Source of the DNA: a virus
Lineage: Duplodnaviria; Caudoviricetes
Strand: one strand, 5' to 3'
Length of the DNA stretch: 24,570 nt
Virus record (IMG/VR): IMGVR_UViG_3300025084_000214
Span: 1 to 24,570 of that record
A program made the translations under genes and the position numbers. A model generated the notes under the pieces. The model did no database searches, was not told the DNA's origin, and saw only the letters and a program-made list of their open reading frames with translations. This document shows positions 1 through 8,445 of the stretch, piece after piece. The stretch's first letter is position 1. Every line of letters starts with the position of its first letter.

Positions 1-2088
1 GTTAAGGATGGTCTTGTTTGTCATTTTAGAACCCATGTGCTTTTTAAATGCACGAGTGAGTTCTGCTTTAGTTGCAACTTCAGATTTTTGTTTTACCTCA
101 AGTTCTTTCATGTCATCTCCTATACCTTTATCTGGCATAAAAAATGATTCAGTAAACCCAATCTTATCTTTGACTGAGGCAAACTTTTCTTTCCTCCATT
201 GCTTATCAATAGTTCCCATTTGTTCGCTAGCAAACTCACGAATCAAACGAGTCAAATCTGTTTTACTACATATACGAATACCAATCCAATTGTAGTCTGT
301 AATCTCACGATAGAAAGAAACGATTTCCTTTGTAGTTTGATATGGAGAAGAATTAATCTTGCGAGTGTATCCTGTCAAAGAATCCCTAAGGAAGAATACT
401 TTATGGCGTTGATGGCACATGTAGACATGTCTTAATTCATCAACACCACCCATCCTTTGAATATAGGACATTGGATTTGCTTCCCCATCAGTCAGACAAA
501 TTACATTTACTTTAGTAATTCTCTCAATCTTTTTCATCTGAGAAACGATTTGCCTAGTGCAATAAACTGACTCAGCAAGAGGGGTTCCTCCAAGACCATA
601 CTCTTGAAGATATCCTAGGCGACATCCTACCATACCAAACGCTTGAGCATAAACCAATTGCATGGATTTCTCTAGAGACCTAGTATTTTGACGAGAGGAG
701 AAAAATTCAAGGAGTCTGAAGTCCTTAGTTACACCAAGTTCATTTTCATTCTGCCTAACATCGTCCTGTAAGCGAGAATAAGAACCATAAGCACCTGATT
801 GAAATGCATACACTCTAAAAGGAATGCCAGATTTTTTACAGAACCAAATCAAATTGTAAACTTGCTTCAGAGTATCTAGCAGTTGATACTGCATTGAACC
901 AGACCAGTCAATATGCATCACAAGTCCATGATTCTTACCTTCAGGGACGACAGCAACTTTCTTAAAGATATCTTCAGTGAGTTTGTACTTGAAAAGTTTA
1001 TTAGTATTGATTACTCCAGTCTTAGCAGTTGCTGTTCGACGATATTCATCAGCAGACTTTTTCATTTCAAACTGCTTACACAAATACCCAACCGTTTTTT
1101 TACTACCTCTCTTAAAATTTTCATAATGATTTAGTGCATACTCAAAATTTTTAAAGTGATACTCTTGCTGAGATTTATTATGAAATGCCTTACCGTAATA
1201 ATAAAAATATAAATTTTCCTGAACCTCATTGCATGATGTAATGTGGTCATTGGCATCAATGGTAGGTGTAGTGATATAAACCCACTCTTTAGCATTATCA
1301 TCTACAAGAGTTTCTAGTGCCTCTGTAAATGCATCATCAGTAACAGATTTAGTTTCATCAGCACCACCTTGATAAGAAGGTGTTTCAAGGTCCGAATGAT
1401 CTTTTTCACGTTTAGATGCTTCTTCAAGCATCTCTTCATGAGTCATATACTCATCTTCTTCCTCACCATCTTCTGAAGGTGTATCAACTGTTTCTTGACG
1501 GTCTGCTTGCTTACTACCATTGGCAGATGATGGTTCTAGAATCTCTTCCTTTTCTTCTTGCTTTTCATTGGCATACTCCCAAAGTTCTTTAGCAAGAGCA
1601 ATGACCTCTTGAAAACTCTTAGTATTATCAGCACGTTCTACCCATATCCGCTCATCTTCAAGAAAAGGAACTTGGGGATTGCCCTTAAAGTAAAGATTGA
1701 TACGGTCAATTAAAGCCAATTCAGATATTTCTTCATGCTTCACACCAAAGAAATCTGCATCCCAAAGTTCTTTATACCCTTCAAAGAAGGATTTGCGAAG
1801 ACCAGGATAGGCAACCTTCATCATCTTCTCAATACGAGCATCCTCTAAGACATTCACAAATGCCTTTGAGGCACCACCAAAGTCCACATTAGGTGTATAG
1901 AGAGCATGACCCACCTCATGTCCCACTAGAAGGTCATAAACGGTATTAGAAGCAGTCTTCCAGATGGGAAGGATGAGAGTCCTACTGTTGACATCAAAAC
2001 AAGCAGTAGACACTTTGCGATGCTCTACCGTCAGGTTTTCTGTAGCAAGCAGTTTGGCAAGAGTGCCCTTGACTTCCTGAGTGTTCAT
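1..2088 (-). CDS. HEXXH metallopeptidase-like N-terminus + vWA (MIDAS) domain protein, CobT-like; 3' end truncated by window
   Basis: Not in ORF track (no stop in window). Hand translation from ATG 2088: MNTQEVKGTLAKLLATENLTVEHRKVSTACFDV...LLVGHEVGHALYTP, acidic linker, then KNHGLVMHIDWSGSM (DxSxS), GTPL, CLTDGE; the same frame reads ...KHMGSKMTNKTILN at base 1. Segments were spot-translated, not every codon. Confidence 0.85.
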   Translation of the reverse strand, partial: MNTQEVKGTLAKLLATENLTVEHRKVSTACFDVNSRTLILPIWKTASNTVYDLLVGHEVGHALYTPNVDFGGASKAFVNVLEDARIEKMMKVAYPGLRKSFFEGYKELWDADFFGVKHEEISELALIDRINLYFKGNPQVPFLEDERIWVERADNTKSFQEVIALAKELWEYANEKQEEKEEILEPSSANGSKQADRQETVDTPSEDGEEEDEYMTHEEMLEEASKREKDHSDLETPSYQGGADETKSVTDDAFTEALETLVDDNAKEWVYITTPTIDANDHITSCNEVQENLYFYYYGKAFHNKSQQEYHFKNFEYALNHYENFKRGSKKTVGYLCKQFEMKKSADEYRRTATAKTGVINTNKLFKYKLTEDIFKKVAVVPEGKNHGLVMHIDWSGSMQYQLLDTLKQVYNLIWFCKKSGIPFRVYAFQSGAYGSYSRLQDDVRQNENELGVTKDFRLLEFFSSRQNTRSLEKSMQLVYAQAFGMVGCRLGYLQEYGLGGTPLAESVYCTRQIVSQMKKIERITKVNVICLTDGEANPMSYIQRMGGVDELRHVYMCHQRHKVFFLRDSLTGYTRKINSSPYQTTKEIVSFYREITDYNWIGIRICSKTDLTRLIREFASEQMGTIDKQWRKEKFASVKDKIGFTESFFMPDKGIGDDMKELEVKQKSEVATKAELTRAFKKHMGSKMTNKTILN

Positions 2089-2111
2089 CCGTCTCTCTTG
2101 GTTACCTTGTA

Positions 2112-2167
2112 ATTATAGCAGAGATTCCTGCTGCTGGACAACCGATGGGACACTTTCGTCACTGTCC
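2112..2167 (-). promoter_or_regulatory. Sigma70-like early promoter with upstream inverted repeat
   Basis: Minus strand: GGACA-N10-TGTCC (2167-2148), TTGTCC (-35, 2141-2136), 18 nt, TATAAT (-10, 2117-2112) preceded by TGc (extended -10), upstream of ATG 2088. Confidence 0.75.
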
Positions 2168-2401
2168 TACAAGCATCCCCTTCTCTTGCATGAAGTGTAG
2201 CGTGTCGTGCATATTTCCAACATGCTTATATCCTAAAGATACTTGGGGATACGTCGCCCCTTCGCCAAATTCATTTTCAAATGATCTTTGAGTAAAGTGG
2301 TGATTGAGTTTATACTCTAAAAACTCTCCACCAAGAGAATCTAATAGTGCTGCCATACGCTCGCACTCTTGACTACCGTTAGAATAAATTACTGCTTGCA
2401 T
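2159..2401 (-). CDS. Glutaredoxin-like protein with degenerate active site
   Basis: 80 aa; VIYS..SQEC (SxxC in place of CxxC), TYPQV cis-Pro motif, HVG near C-terminus. Confidence 0.7.
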   Translation of the reverse strand: MQAVIYSNGSQECERMAALLDSLGGEFLEYKLNHHFTQRSFENEFGEGATYPQVSLGYKHVGNMHDTLHFMQEKGMLVGQ

Positions 2402-2592
2402 GTGTCTTCTTTGTAAGTAATGGTGATTTGATTGTACACTTCATCTCGATTGTCGCTGTTATAAACACGACAACGTTTGATGTCAGCATCTAATATATTT
2501 ACAACATTACCTAGTTGATGTTCAACTATAAATTTCTTGAAACCCTCATCCATCCAAGATTTATTAGATCCTGGGGTATTAAATCCTTCCAT
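2389..2592 (-). CDS. Hypothetical phage protein
   Basis: 67 aa ORF overlapping both neighbours in a tightly packed operon. Confidence 0.65.
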   Translation of the reverse strand: MEGFNTPGSNKSWMDEGFKKFIVEHQLGNVVNILDADIKRCRVYNSDNRDEVYNQITITYKEDTCKQ

Positions 2593-2728
2593 TATTCTTT
2601 TTTAACCAGCAAGGTTTACATAACGAATTTATCCAACTGCCGTCAGGTGCTTGATGTCCCACCTGAGGAGTTTCATTCGCTGGTGTCATCTTACCACACT
2701 CAGAGCATTTTGTCTCCCACATTTTCAT
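2579..2728 (-). CDS. Small zinc-finger-like protein (49 aa)
   Basis: Not in track. MKMWETKCSECGKMTPANETPQVGHQAPDGSWINSLCKPCWLKKNNGRI; two CxxC; ATGA overlap with the HNH stop; fills the gap. Confidence 0.7.
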   Translation of the reverse strand: MKMWETKCSECGKMTPANETPQVGHQAPDGSWINSLCKPCWLKKNNGRI

Positions 2729-3111
2729 TTACGAAATTGATCTCCAGTTTTCTCTCTATGGCAATCATAGCACAGAAGTTGACATTTCTCAATTTCTCTC
2801 CATTGTCTCTTAGTCATAGTTTTACATTCCATTCTAGGACGAGGGTCGAATTCTTTATCTTCTTGGTTGATATGATCCAATTCTAATCTTTCATATGTTC
2901 CACAACCAATACACCCTTCATGGTTGTCACGTTCTTCAAAAAACGCAATGACTTGGGAAAAATTATTTGCAAATCTTTCTTTTCTAATAGATTTGTTTTC
3001 TATTGACCACCGTGCTTTTCGTTCTATAACTTTGGGTAGTTTATTACGAGCAATCTTTTTTGCTTTTTGTTCTGGTGTTAGACGAGCATATTCTGCTTTA
3101 TGATCTCTCAT
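2725..3111 (-). CDS. HNH endonuclease (putative homing endonuclease)
   Basis: CIGC...LELDHI...KCQLLCYDCHREKT HNH/zinc motif; basic N-terminus. Confidence 0.85.
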   Translation of the reverse strand: MRDHKAEYARLTPEQKAKKIARNKLPKVIERKARWSIENKSIRKERFANNFSQVIAFFEERDNHEGCIGCGTYERLELDHINQEDKEFDPRPRMECKTMTKRQWREIEKCQLLCYDCHREKTGDQFRK

Positions 3112-3407
3112 AATGTTCTCTCTAGTCTTTCGGTAGGTTGGTCTGGAAAGTCTCTTGGTCTGCTATCAAGTGCATTGTCAGTTCTAGGAGAACCCTCATT
3201 CGCCTTCATAGTATGCTGATAGTTTGCTCTTGGGTATCTGATACAAAATGGATCTGGCATCCAGTATGTTACCTGCCATTCCTGGTCAGGATTTAACTCA
3301 AGGTGCTTCTCTACACTGTGAGAGAAACTACCGATTTGAATGTATCCATCATGACTGATACATCTGCCGTTGCCAGCATCAACCAGGAATAGCATCTTAC
3401 TACTCAT
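3108..3407 (-). CDS. Hypothetical cyanophage protein
   Basis: 99 aa; ATGA overlaps on both ends. Confidence 0.7.
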   Translation of the reverse strand: MSSKMLFLVDAGNGRCISHDGYIQIGSFSHSVEKHLELNPDQEWQVTYWMPDPFCIRYPRANYQHTMKANEGSPRTDNALDSRPRDFPDQPTERLERTL

Positions 3408-3547
3408 AGCACTTCTTGCTCTGGGTTGAGATTTTTCACGAATTGCTCAGGGTCCTTTTCTGACTTATGTACCCAATGATATCGCATCATCTCAAAAATG
3501 GGATCCCACATGGGGATACAGACATAATCAGACTTTTGCTTTTTCAT
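3404..3547 (-). CDS. Small hypothetical protein (47 aa)
   Basis: Not in track. MKKQKSDYVCIPMWDPIFEMMRYHWVHKSEKDPEQFVKNLNPEQEVL; fills the gap, ATGA overlap with the downstream gene. Confidence 0.6.
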   Translation of the reverse strand: MKKQKSDYVCIPMWDPIFEMMRYHWVHKSEKDPEQFVKNLNPEQEVL

Positions 3548-3737
3548 TTCTATGCTCAAGTAACCAATCTAAAAACTGAGGAACTCTAGTCTCAACCAGA
3601 TAAGGATCTAAGTCAGCTGGTACTGCATGATATTCTTTAATTGAAATACAAAAGTCCATAATTACCTGACCCAATCTAAGTTCGGGATGCGTTTTCTGAA
3701 CCGCCACAGCTTTTGCGATGATTTGTTCTTTGGTCAT
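3528..3737 (-). CDS. Hypothetical protein
   Basis: 69 aa ORF with HPELRLGQ motif, in operon orientation. Confidence 0.65.
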   Translation of the reverse strand: MTKEQIIAKAVAVQKTHPELRLGQVIMDFCISIKEYHAVPADLDPYLVETRVPQFLDWLLEHRNEKAKV

Positions 3738-3750
3738 GAGTCTAAAATGT

Positions 3751-3963
3751 TTACCAAAAGTTATGTTTAAGAGAGTTCTCTTTGAGTTTTTCGTAATAAT
3801 TAATTAATCTTCCGACCTGCTTCTTTTCAGTTCCTTCAGGAGCATTTCGTAAACATCGCAATATACATTCTTCATCACCTATAGGAGGTTTGATAGAAAA
3901 TCCATGCTTATCTACTTTTCCCTTTGGTGCCTCTACATTATCAATCTTAAAAAGATCAGTCAC
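3751..3963 (-). CDS. Hypothetical protein
   Basis: 70 aa ORF overlapping the upstream gene by 8 nt. Confidence 0.65.
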   Translation of the reverse strand: MTDLFKIDNVEAPKGKVDKHGFSIKPPIGDEECILRCLRNAPEGTEKKQVGRLINYYEKLKENSLKHNFW

Positions 3964-4270
3964 GTTGCCTCCAGTCGTCGGGTTTATCTCGTTGGAACCA
4001 TTCTAACACATCATCGGCACTTGTAAACCCCTTTTTGTGATTGGATGGGTCGGGGTCGCCTAACCCCATCCTATTGAGAAAATCGTCGGTACTACCATCT
4101 TCAATGTTTTGTGATACTTGACGACGTGCCTTTTGTAACCAATCTCTAGCAAGAGTATGAGACTTTGCTAGTTTCTCAGCCCAAATCATGTCGTCTAATT
4201 TAACCTCTTCACCATTGGCAATACATTTACAAATAAACTCTAGTCGAAGTCTGTACTGTGTAGAAAGCAT
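3956..4270 (-). CDS. Conserved cyanophage hypothetical protein
   Basis: 104 aa, MLSTQYRLRLEFICKCI...DWRQRD; recognised from memory as a cyanomyovirus family; follows a CTAAATA late-type box. Confidence 0.75.
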   Translation of the reverse strand: MLSTQYRLRLEFICKCIANGEEVKLDDMIWAEKLAKSHTLARDWLQKARRQVSQNIEDGSTDDFLNRMGLGDPDPSNHKKGFTSADDVLEWFQRDKPDDWRQRD

Positions 4271-4291
4271 TGGTGTAACTAGATGTACATA

Positions 4292-4298
4292 TATTTAG
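4292..4298 (-). promoter_or_regulatory. T4-type late promoter variant (CTAAATA)
   Basis: Overlaps the g46 stop, 21 nt upstream of ATG 4270. Confidence 0.45.
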
Positions 4299-6016
4299 CT
4301 GTCATCAGACATGCGTGAGAAATCGTTAACTTTCTCAAATTTAATTGTGCGAAGAAACTTATCTACTAATATTTCTCCTTTATGTGAGATGACAAAAACA
4401 TTGGAATCGTTACCAAGACCACGGAGAATTTGAAGAAGTTCTCCAGTACCAGATGTATCTAATGAACTATCAAACACTTCATCAAGAATGAGTAAATTAG
4501 TAGCAACACTATTTTTCATACGAGCAACTTCACGCCATGTAAACAGAAGTGCTAAATCAATCTTCTGCTTCTCACCTTCGGAGAATGATGCATAAGAAAA
4601 CTCGTCACGAAAGCGACTCTTAATGACTTCATTAAACTCTTCATCTAATGTGAAGTTAACAAAGAAGTCCATCGATTGGAGATACTTGTTAATTAGTTGA
4701 TTGAAGATAGGAATATATTTTTTAATAATCTGACTTTTGATTCCCGAATCCTTAAGGAGAGAAGCAACAACTTGAAACTCATCCAACTGCTGACTGACTG
4801 CAGCACAGTCAGTTTCTGTCTGTCTATATTCATTTTCAACATCTTCTAGGTACTGCCGTTCTTTATCGATATCAGGAGTATCCCTTTGCAACTTTACAAG
4901 TTCATCGTTGATGCGAAGATTATCAAACTCTAGTCTAACGTAGTCACGGTCAAGTGCAGAAAGGTTACTGGAAAGTTCTTTAAGTTTCATAGACTGTTCA
5001 GAAATTTCAGACACAATCTGAGTCGCTTCAGTAACATCTACATTGAATTGAACAATCTCTTCAGCAACTGATTTGCCTGAGTTTGTCAATTTATCAACTT
5101 GAGTATCCTTAAATGCACCACTAATATCTTGTGTGCATGTAGGACATACATCATGTCCCTTGAAAAACTTCAGGTCTTTAGCGATAATTTTTAGTTGAGA
5201 TTTTCTATCCGACTGACCTTGACGCAAGGATGATAAAGTTTTTGCTGCAGCATCATAGTCACCTATTTTACTTTCTGTATCTTCAATATCTTTCTCTACA
5301 ATATACTTATCTTCATGTACCTTCTTCATCAAAAGAAGATTCTCATCATACTTTTTCTGTTTCTCTTCTTGACGATTCTGATTTACTTCTTCAAGAGAAT
5401 AGATTAATTTTTTCTGAGCATGTACTTTACCTTCCGAAAGAGTCAGCATGTGAGAACAATCTTTACTTTGACCTTGTGATGCACGAATACGTTCTTTCAG
5501 AAGACCATTCATGTTTGAGAAGATATTGATGTCAAGTAAATCTTCAATAACTTCTCTCCTGTGAGAGGCAGCGAGTTGCATGAAGGGGACAAAAGTTGAC
5601 GATCCGAGTATAACAACTTGAGTGAATGATTTGTAATTGAGTTTGAGGATTGATTGCTCCAGGTATTTTTGCGTGTCCTTAGTGGCGGCGTCCTGGTCAA
5701 CCAGTTTATTATTTTTGTAAAGTTCAAATGCATTTGGTTTAATTCCTCGGAATACACGATACTCATCTTTACCAATAGAAAATACTACTTCAACAATAGT
5801 TCCCGTTCCATTGATAGAATTCACCAACTGGGGTTTGTTAATCTTGCGAAATGCTTTTCCAAACAAAGCAAAACACAGGGCATCTAACATAGTAGATTTC
5901 CCTGCGCCGTTAGAACCAACGATTAACGTCGATTGAAATTCACAAAAGTTAATTTCTGTCCATTGGTCTCCTGTTGAAAGAAAGTTTTTCCAGCGGATAG
6001 TTTCAAATTTAATCAT
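4295..6016 (-). CDS. g46: Recombination endonuclease ATPase subunit gp46 (Rad50/SbcC-like)
   Basis: Walker A GSNGAGKS, coiled coil with CPTC zinc hook, FSEGE signature, LLILDE Walker B, ISHK. Confidence 0.97.
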   Translation of the reverse strand: MIKFETIRWKNFLSTGDQWTEINFCEFQSTLIVGSNGAGKSTMLDALCFALFGKAFRKINKPQLVNSINGTGTIVEVVFSIGKDEYRVFRGIKPNAFELYKNNKLVDQDAATKDTQKYLEQSILKLNYKSFTQVVILGSSTFVPFMQLAASHRREVIEDLLDINIFSNMNGLLKERIRASQGQSKDCSHMLTLSEGKVHAQKKLIYSLEEVNQNRQEEKQKKYDENLLLMKKVHEDKYIVEKDIEDTESKIGDYDAAAKTLSSLRQGQSDRKSQLKIIAKDLKFFKGHDVCPTCTQDISGAFKDTQVDKLTNSGKSVAEEIVQFNVDVTEATQIVSEISEQSMKLKELSSNLSALDRDYVRLEFDNLRINDELVKLQRDTPDIDKERQYLEDVENEYRQTETDCAAVSQQLDEFQVVASLLKDSGIKSQIIKKYIPIFNQLINKYLQSMDFFVNFTLDEEFNEVIKSRFRDEFSYASFSEGEKQKIDLALLFTWREVARMKNSVATNLLILDEVFDSSLDTSGTGELLQILRGLGNDSNVFVISHKGEILVDKFLRTIKFEKVNDFSRMSDDS

Positions 6017-6263
6017 TAGGTGGAATAATTAATTCATCAGGTGAGATGACTAGATACGAATAACCTTTCGATTCACAATTGATTGCTACTACCGTTGGGT
6101 CAACTTCAAGCACTTCTAAGTCTTTGGCATAACCTTCAGCAATTAGCATTTCATGGTATCTTACTGCATCATCCTCATTTTCAAAAACATGTACAGTTTG
6201 TACTTCGTTTTTATTCTTGAGGGCGTAGACACCACCGCTACTTTTTTCGGTTAAAACAAACAT
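6009..6263 (-). CDS. Hypothetical protein between g47 and g46
   Basis: 84 aa; TAATG coupling to g47 and overlap with the g46 start. Confidence 0.75.
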   Translation of the reverse strand: MFVLTEKSSGGVYALKNKNEVQTVHVFENEDDAVRYHEMLIAEGYAKDLEVLEVDPTVVAINCESKGYSYLVISPDELIIPPND

Positions 6264-7297
6264 TACAGTTCGCAGGCTTCTTTATAGAGTAGACGCATTA
6301 CAGTTTTAACATTAGTCTTGTTAACTTTTAGGTCTATTTCATCTATGTAGTTATCAAGAAGAGTCATTGTGTCTTCGGTTTCCAGTATCTCACTACCTTC
6401 TTCCAGTTCAACACTAAGGTCTTCGATAATTTTTAAGTCTGCAACATCCATATCTTGGAGTTGTTTGACTGCATAATCAAACTTTGCATAGTCACCTTTG
6501 TGCTCTACGATTAATTTGACGAATGCTCCTTGAAGTTCTTTTGCATCTGGCAAGCGTACTCCATCATTATAATACAACTTATGGAAAGTGTCAAAGGGAT
6601 TTCTATAGAATGTTGTCTTAAGAGTTTCGGTATCAAATACATGAAACCCTCTCTTACATCCATAGTCGTTCCAATATAGTTGGTATGGATTACCAAGATA
6701 ACTTACGTTCTTCTTGGTTGATTTCATATGGTAGTGTCCAGAAAATACCTTTTTAAATTTAGAAAAAGTATTTGCATCCATACCATTTTTCATTATGTGA
6801 CCAGGATGTGCTTCAAAACCATCGAGTTCAAGATGCCCCATGCATACTTTTGCTTCTGTACTTCCTACTTTTTCCAGAACTTCTGCACGATTTTCATCGC
6901 AAATCCAAGGGAGAAGGAGTATAGGAAGACCATCGTAAACAGAAGTGGTAGGTTCTGTGATAACGTTGATGTTGTTGTATTCTCCAAGTAACTCACTTGG
7001 GGCGTTAACTCGTAGAGTATTCTTGTAATAAATATCATGATTCCCTACGAGCATGTCCATCTTAACACCCCTTAAGGCAAGAGGTGTAAACCACATATTC
7101 TTTGCTGCCTCAAGAGACATAAAGTTGATAGAACGTCTCTTGTCAAAGGTATCTCCTAGACAAATAACATTTTTAATATCGTAGGCATCGATGTATGGAA
7201 GAACTACTTCTTCATAAAATTTCTTATAGTGTTGAAGAAAGTACTGGTTATCATTACGAACACCGAAGTGTTGGTCAGTTATCAGAAGGATTTTCAT
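6263..7297 (-). CDS. g47: Recombination endonuclease nuclease subunit gp47 (Mre11/SbcD-like)
   Basis: Metallophosphoesterase motifs TDQHFG, LGD, GNHD, GHL, SGHYH. Confidence 0.97.
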   Translation of the reverse strand: MKILLITDQHFGVRNDNQYFLQHYKKFYEEVVLPYIDAYDIKNVICLGDTFDKRRSINFMSLEAAKNMWFTPLALRGVKMDMLVGNHDIYYKNTLRVNAPSELLGEYNNINVITEPTTSVYDGLPILLLPWICDENRAEVLEKVGSTEAKVCMGHLELDGFEAHPGHIMKNGMDANTFSKFKKVFSGHYHMKSTKKNVSYLGNPYQLYWNDYGCKRGFHVFDTETLKTTFYRNPFDTFHKLYYNDGVRLPDAKELQGAFVKLIVEHKGDYAKFDYAVKQLQDMDVADLKIIEDLSVELEEGSEILETEDTMTLLDNYIDEIDLKVNKTNVKTVMRLLYKEACEL

Positions 7298-7415
7298 TCT
7301 TGGGTTCTAAATCACGAAGTCTTTTGCGCCAGTAACCGCGCTCATTGTCATCTCTACAGGTGTTGTCTTTTTGAACAGCATCATGTAGTCGTTCCTGATC
7401 AGTTTTTTTAGTCAT
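7275..7415 (-). CDS. Small hypothetical protein (46 aa)
   Basis: Not in track. MTKKTDQERLHDAVQKDNTCRDDNERGYWRKRLRDLEPKNENPSDN; ATGA overlap with the g55 stop, fills the g55-g47 gap. Confidence 0.55.
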   Translation of the reverse strand: MTKKTDQERLHDAVQKDNTCRDDNERGYWRKRLRDLEPKNENPSDN

Positions 7416-7879
7416 CTCTTTGAATTCATTTCAACACGGGATTTGATATGATTATAACCCGAATCTATTTCTCCGTCAACTGAGAAGACGTGATTGTATC
7501 CTGACTTCTCCAGAATTTTATCTTTGATATCCATCTGCCTTTTTTCTTTTTGAATTCTCCTTAAGAAAGCATAGTATACAATCTGAGTGAAGTATGCAAA
7601 AGGATTTTTAGATTTCTCTGGATCAAAGTTATCAATATACTGAATACAATTCTCAATTCCATCACAAACCATGTCATCCTTATACATGTAGTTGATGAAA
7701 TTAGGACGATATGAAAGGTGAGTTGCAATCTTCAAGAAGCATCCACCAATGTAATTATTCACCCTAGGTTTGGGAAGACCTTTTTCTTCAGCCTGCTTTA
7801 CCTTGATTTTATACTTCACTAAGGCTTCAAGAAAATCTTGATTGTTTACATAGTGCTGCTTTTGTTTAGCATTTTTCAT
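7412..7879 (-). CDS. g55: Late transcription sigma factor gp55
   Basis: HYVNN, LSYRPNFINY, DGIENC, NFDPEKSKNPFAYFTQI motifs. Confidence 0.97.
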   Translation of the reverse strand: MKNAKQKQHYVNNQDFLEALVKYKIKVKQAEEKGLPKPRVNNYIGGCFLKIATHLSYRPNFINYMYKDDMVCDGIENCIQYIDNFDPEKSKNPFAYFTQIVYYAFLRRIQKEKRQMDIKDKILEKSGYNHVFSVDGEIDSGYNHIKSRVEMNSKR

Positions 7880-7901
7880 ATAAGAAACTTGTATTGATAG
7901 A

Positions 7902-7930
7902 ATTATACTATTAAATTAACTATATGTCAA
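7902..7930 (-). promoter_or_regulatory. Consensus sigma70 promoter for g55
   Basis: TTGACA-17 nt-TATAAT, a perfect consensus, 22 nt upstream of ATG 7879. Confidence 0.9.
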
Positions 7931-7931
7931 C

Positions 7932-7960
7932 TTGACAATATATCGAATTGTCAGTAGAAT
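7932..7960 (+). promoter_or_regulatory. Divergent sigma70 promoter firing antisense
   Basis: TTGACA-17 nt-TAGAAT on the + strand, back-to-back with the g55 promoter. Confidence 0.65.
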
Positions 7961-7974
7961 AACCATGTGGGGTT

Positions 7975-8445
7975 TCAAGGGTTATTGGGCTCTTTAAAGA
8001 TTCTTTCAAAGACCTTTCTTGCTTCTTCAATTTTACCTAAGTAACCAGGAGATAAGTTTGCTTCAGTATGGAACTTGGATTTTCTTAACTTACTAATATT
8101 TTTGTCAGTGCTACTACCCTGAAAATTATCTTCTTCATCGATATTATAAGTTTCATACATGAAGATAATTTCCTTACTCATCGATGCAACTGTTAGGATA
8201 TCTTTCTCACGTAAGATAAAAAATTCTTCATCAGACATTTGCATCCACTTAGAGAATCCAAATCCCTTGATTACTTTTCCACCATCAGTTTCTTTTACAA
8301 TTTGTTGAACACTTACGGGAGATGAAATGAACACCAAAGATTCACCTTCATCCTCGGTAATAATTGCTTTACCAAGAATTTCTTCTCCACTAGTAAGTTT
8401 GAAAATTCCGTAGAACTCTTCATCATGTTTTGCGTAGTTAATCAT
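7975..8445 (-). CDS. Conserved protein downstream of uvsW (Sm-like beta fold suspected)
   Basis: 156 aa; IFKLTSGEEILG motif typical of T4-like phage Sm-like proteins; overlaps the uvsW stop. Confidence 0.75.
   Translation of the reverse strand: MINYAKHDEEFYGIFKLTSGEEILGKAIITEDEGESLVFISSPVSVQQIVKETDGGKVIKGFGFSKWMQMSDEEFFILREKDILTVASMSKEIIFMYETYNIDEEDNFQGSSTDKNISKLRKSKFHTEANLSPGYLGKIEEARKVFERIFKEPNNP

Noticed and set aside
8-1134. + strand ORFs 8..295, 199..435 and 913..1134
   Set aside because: Antisense shadows of the truncated vWA/CobT-like gene.
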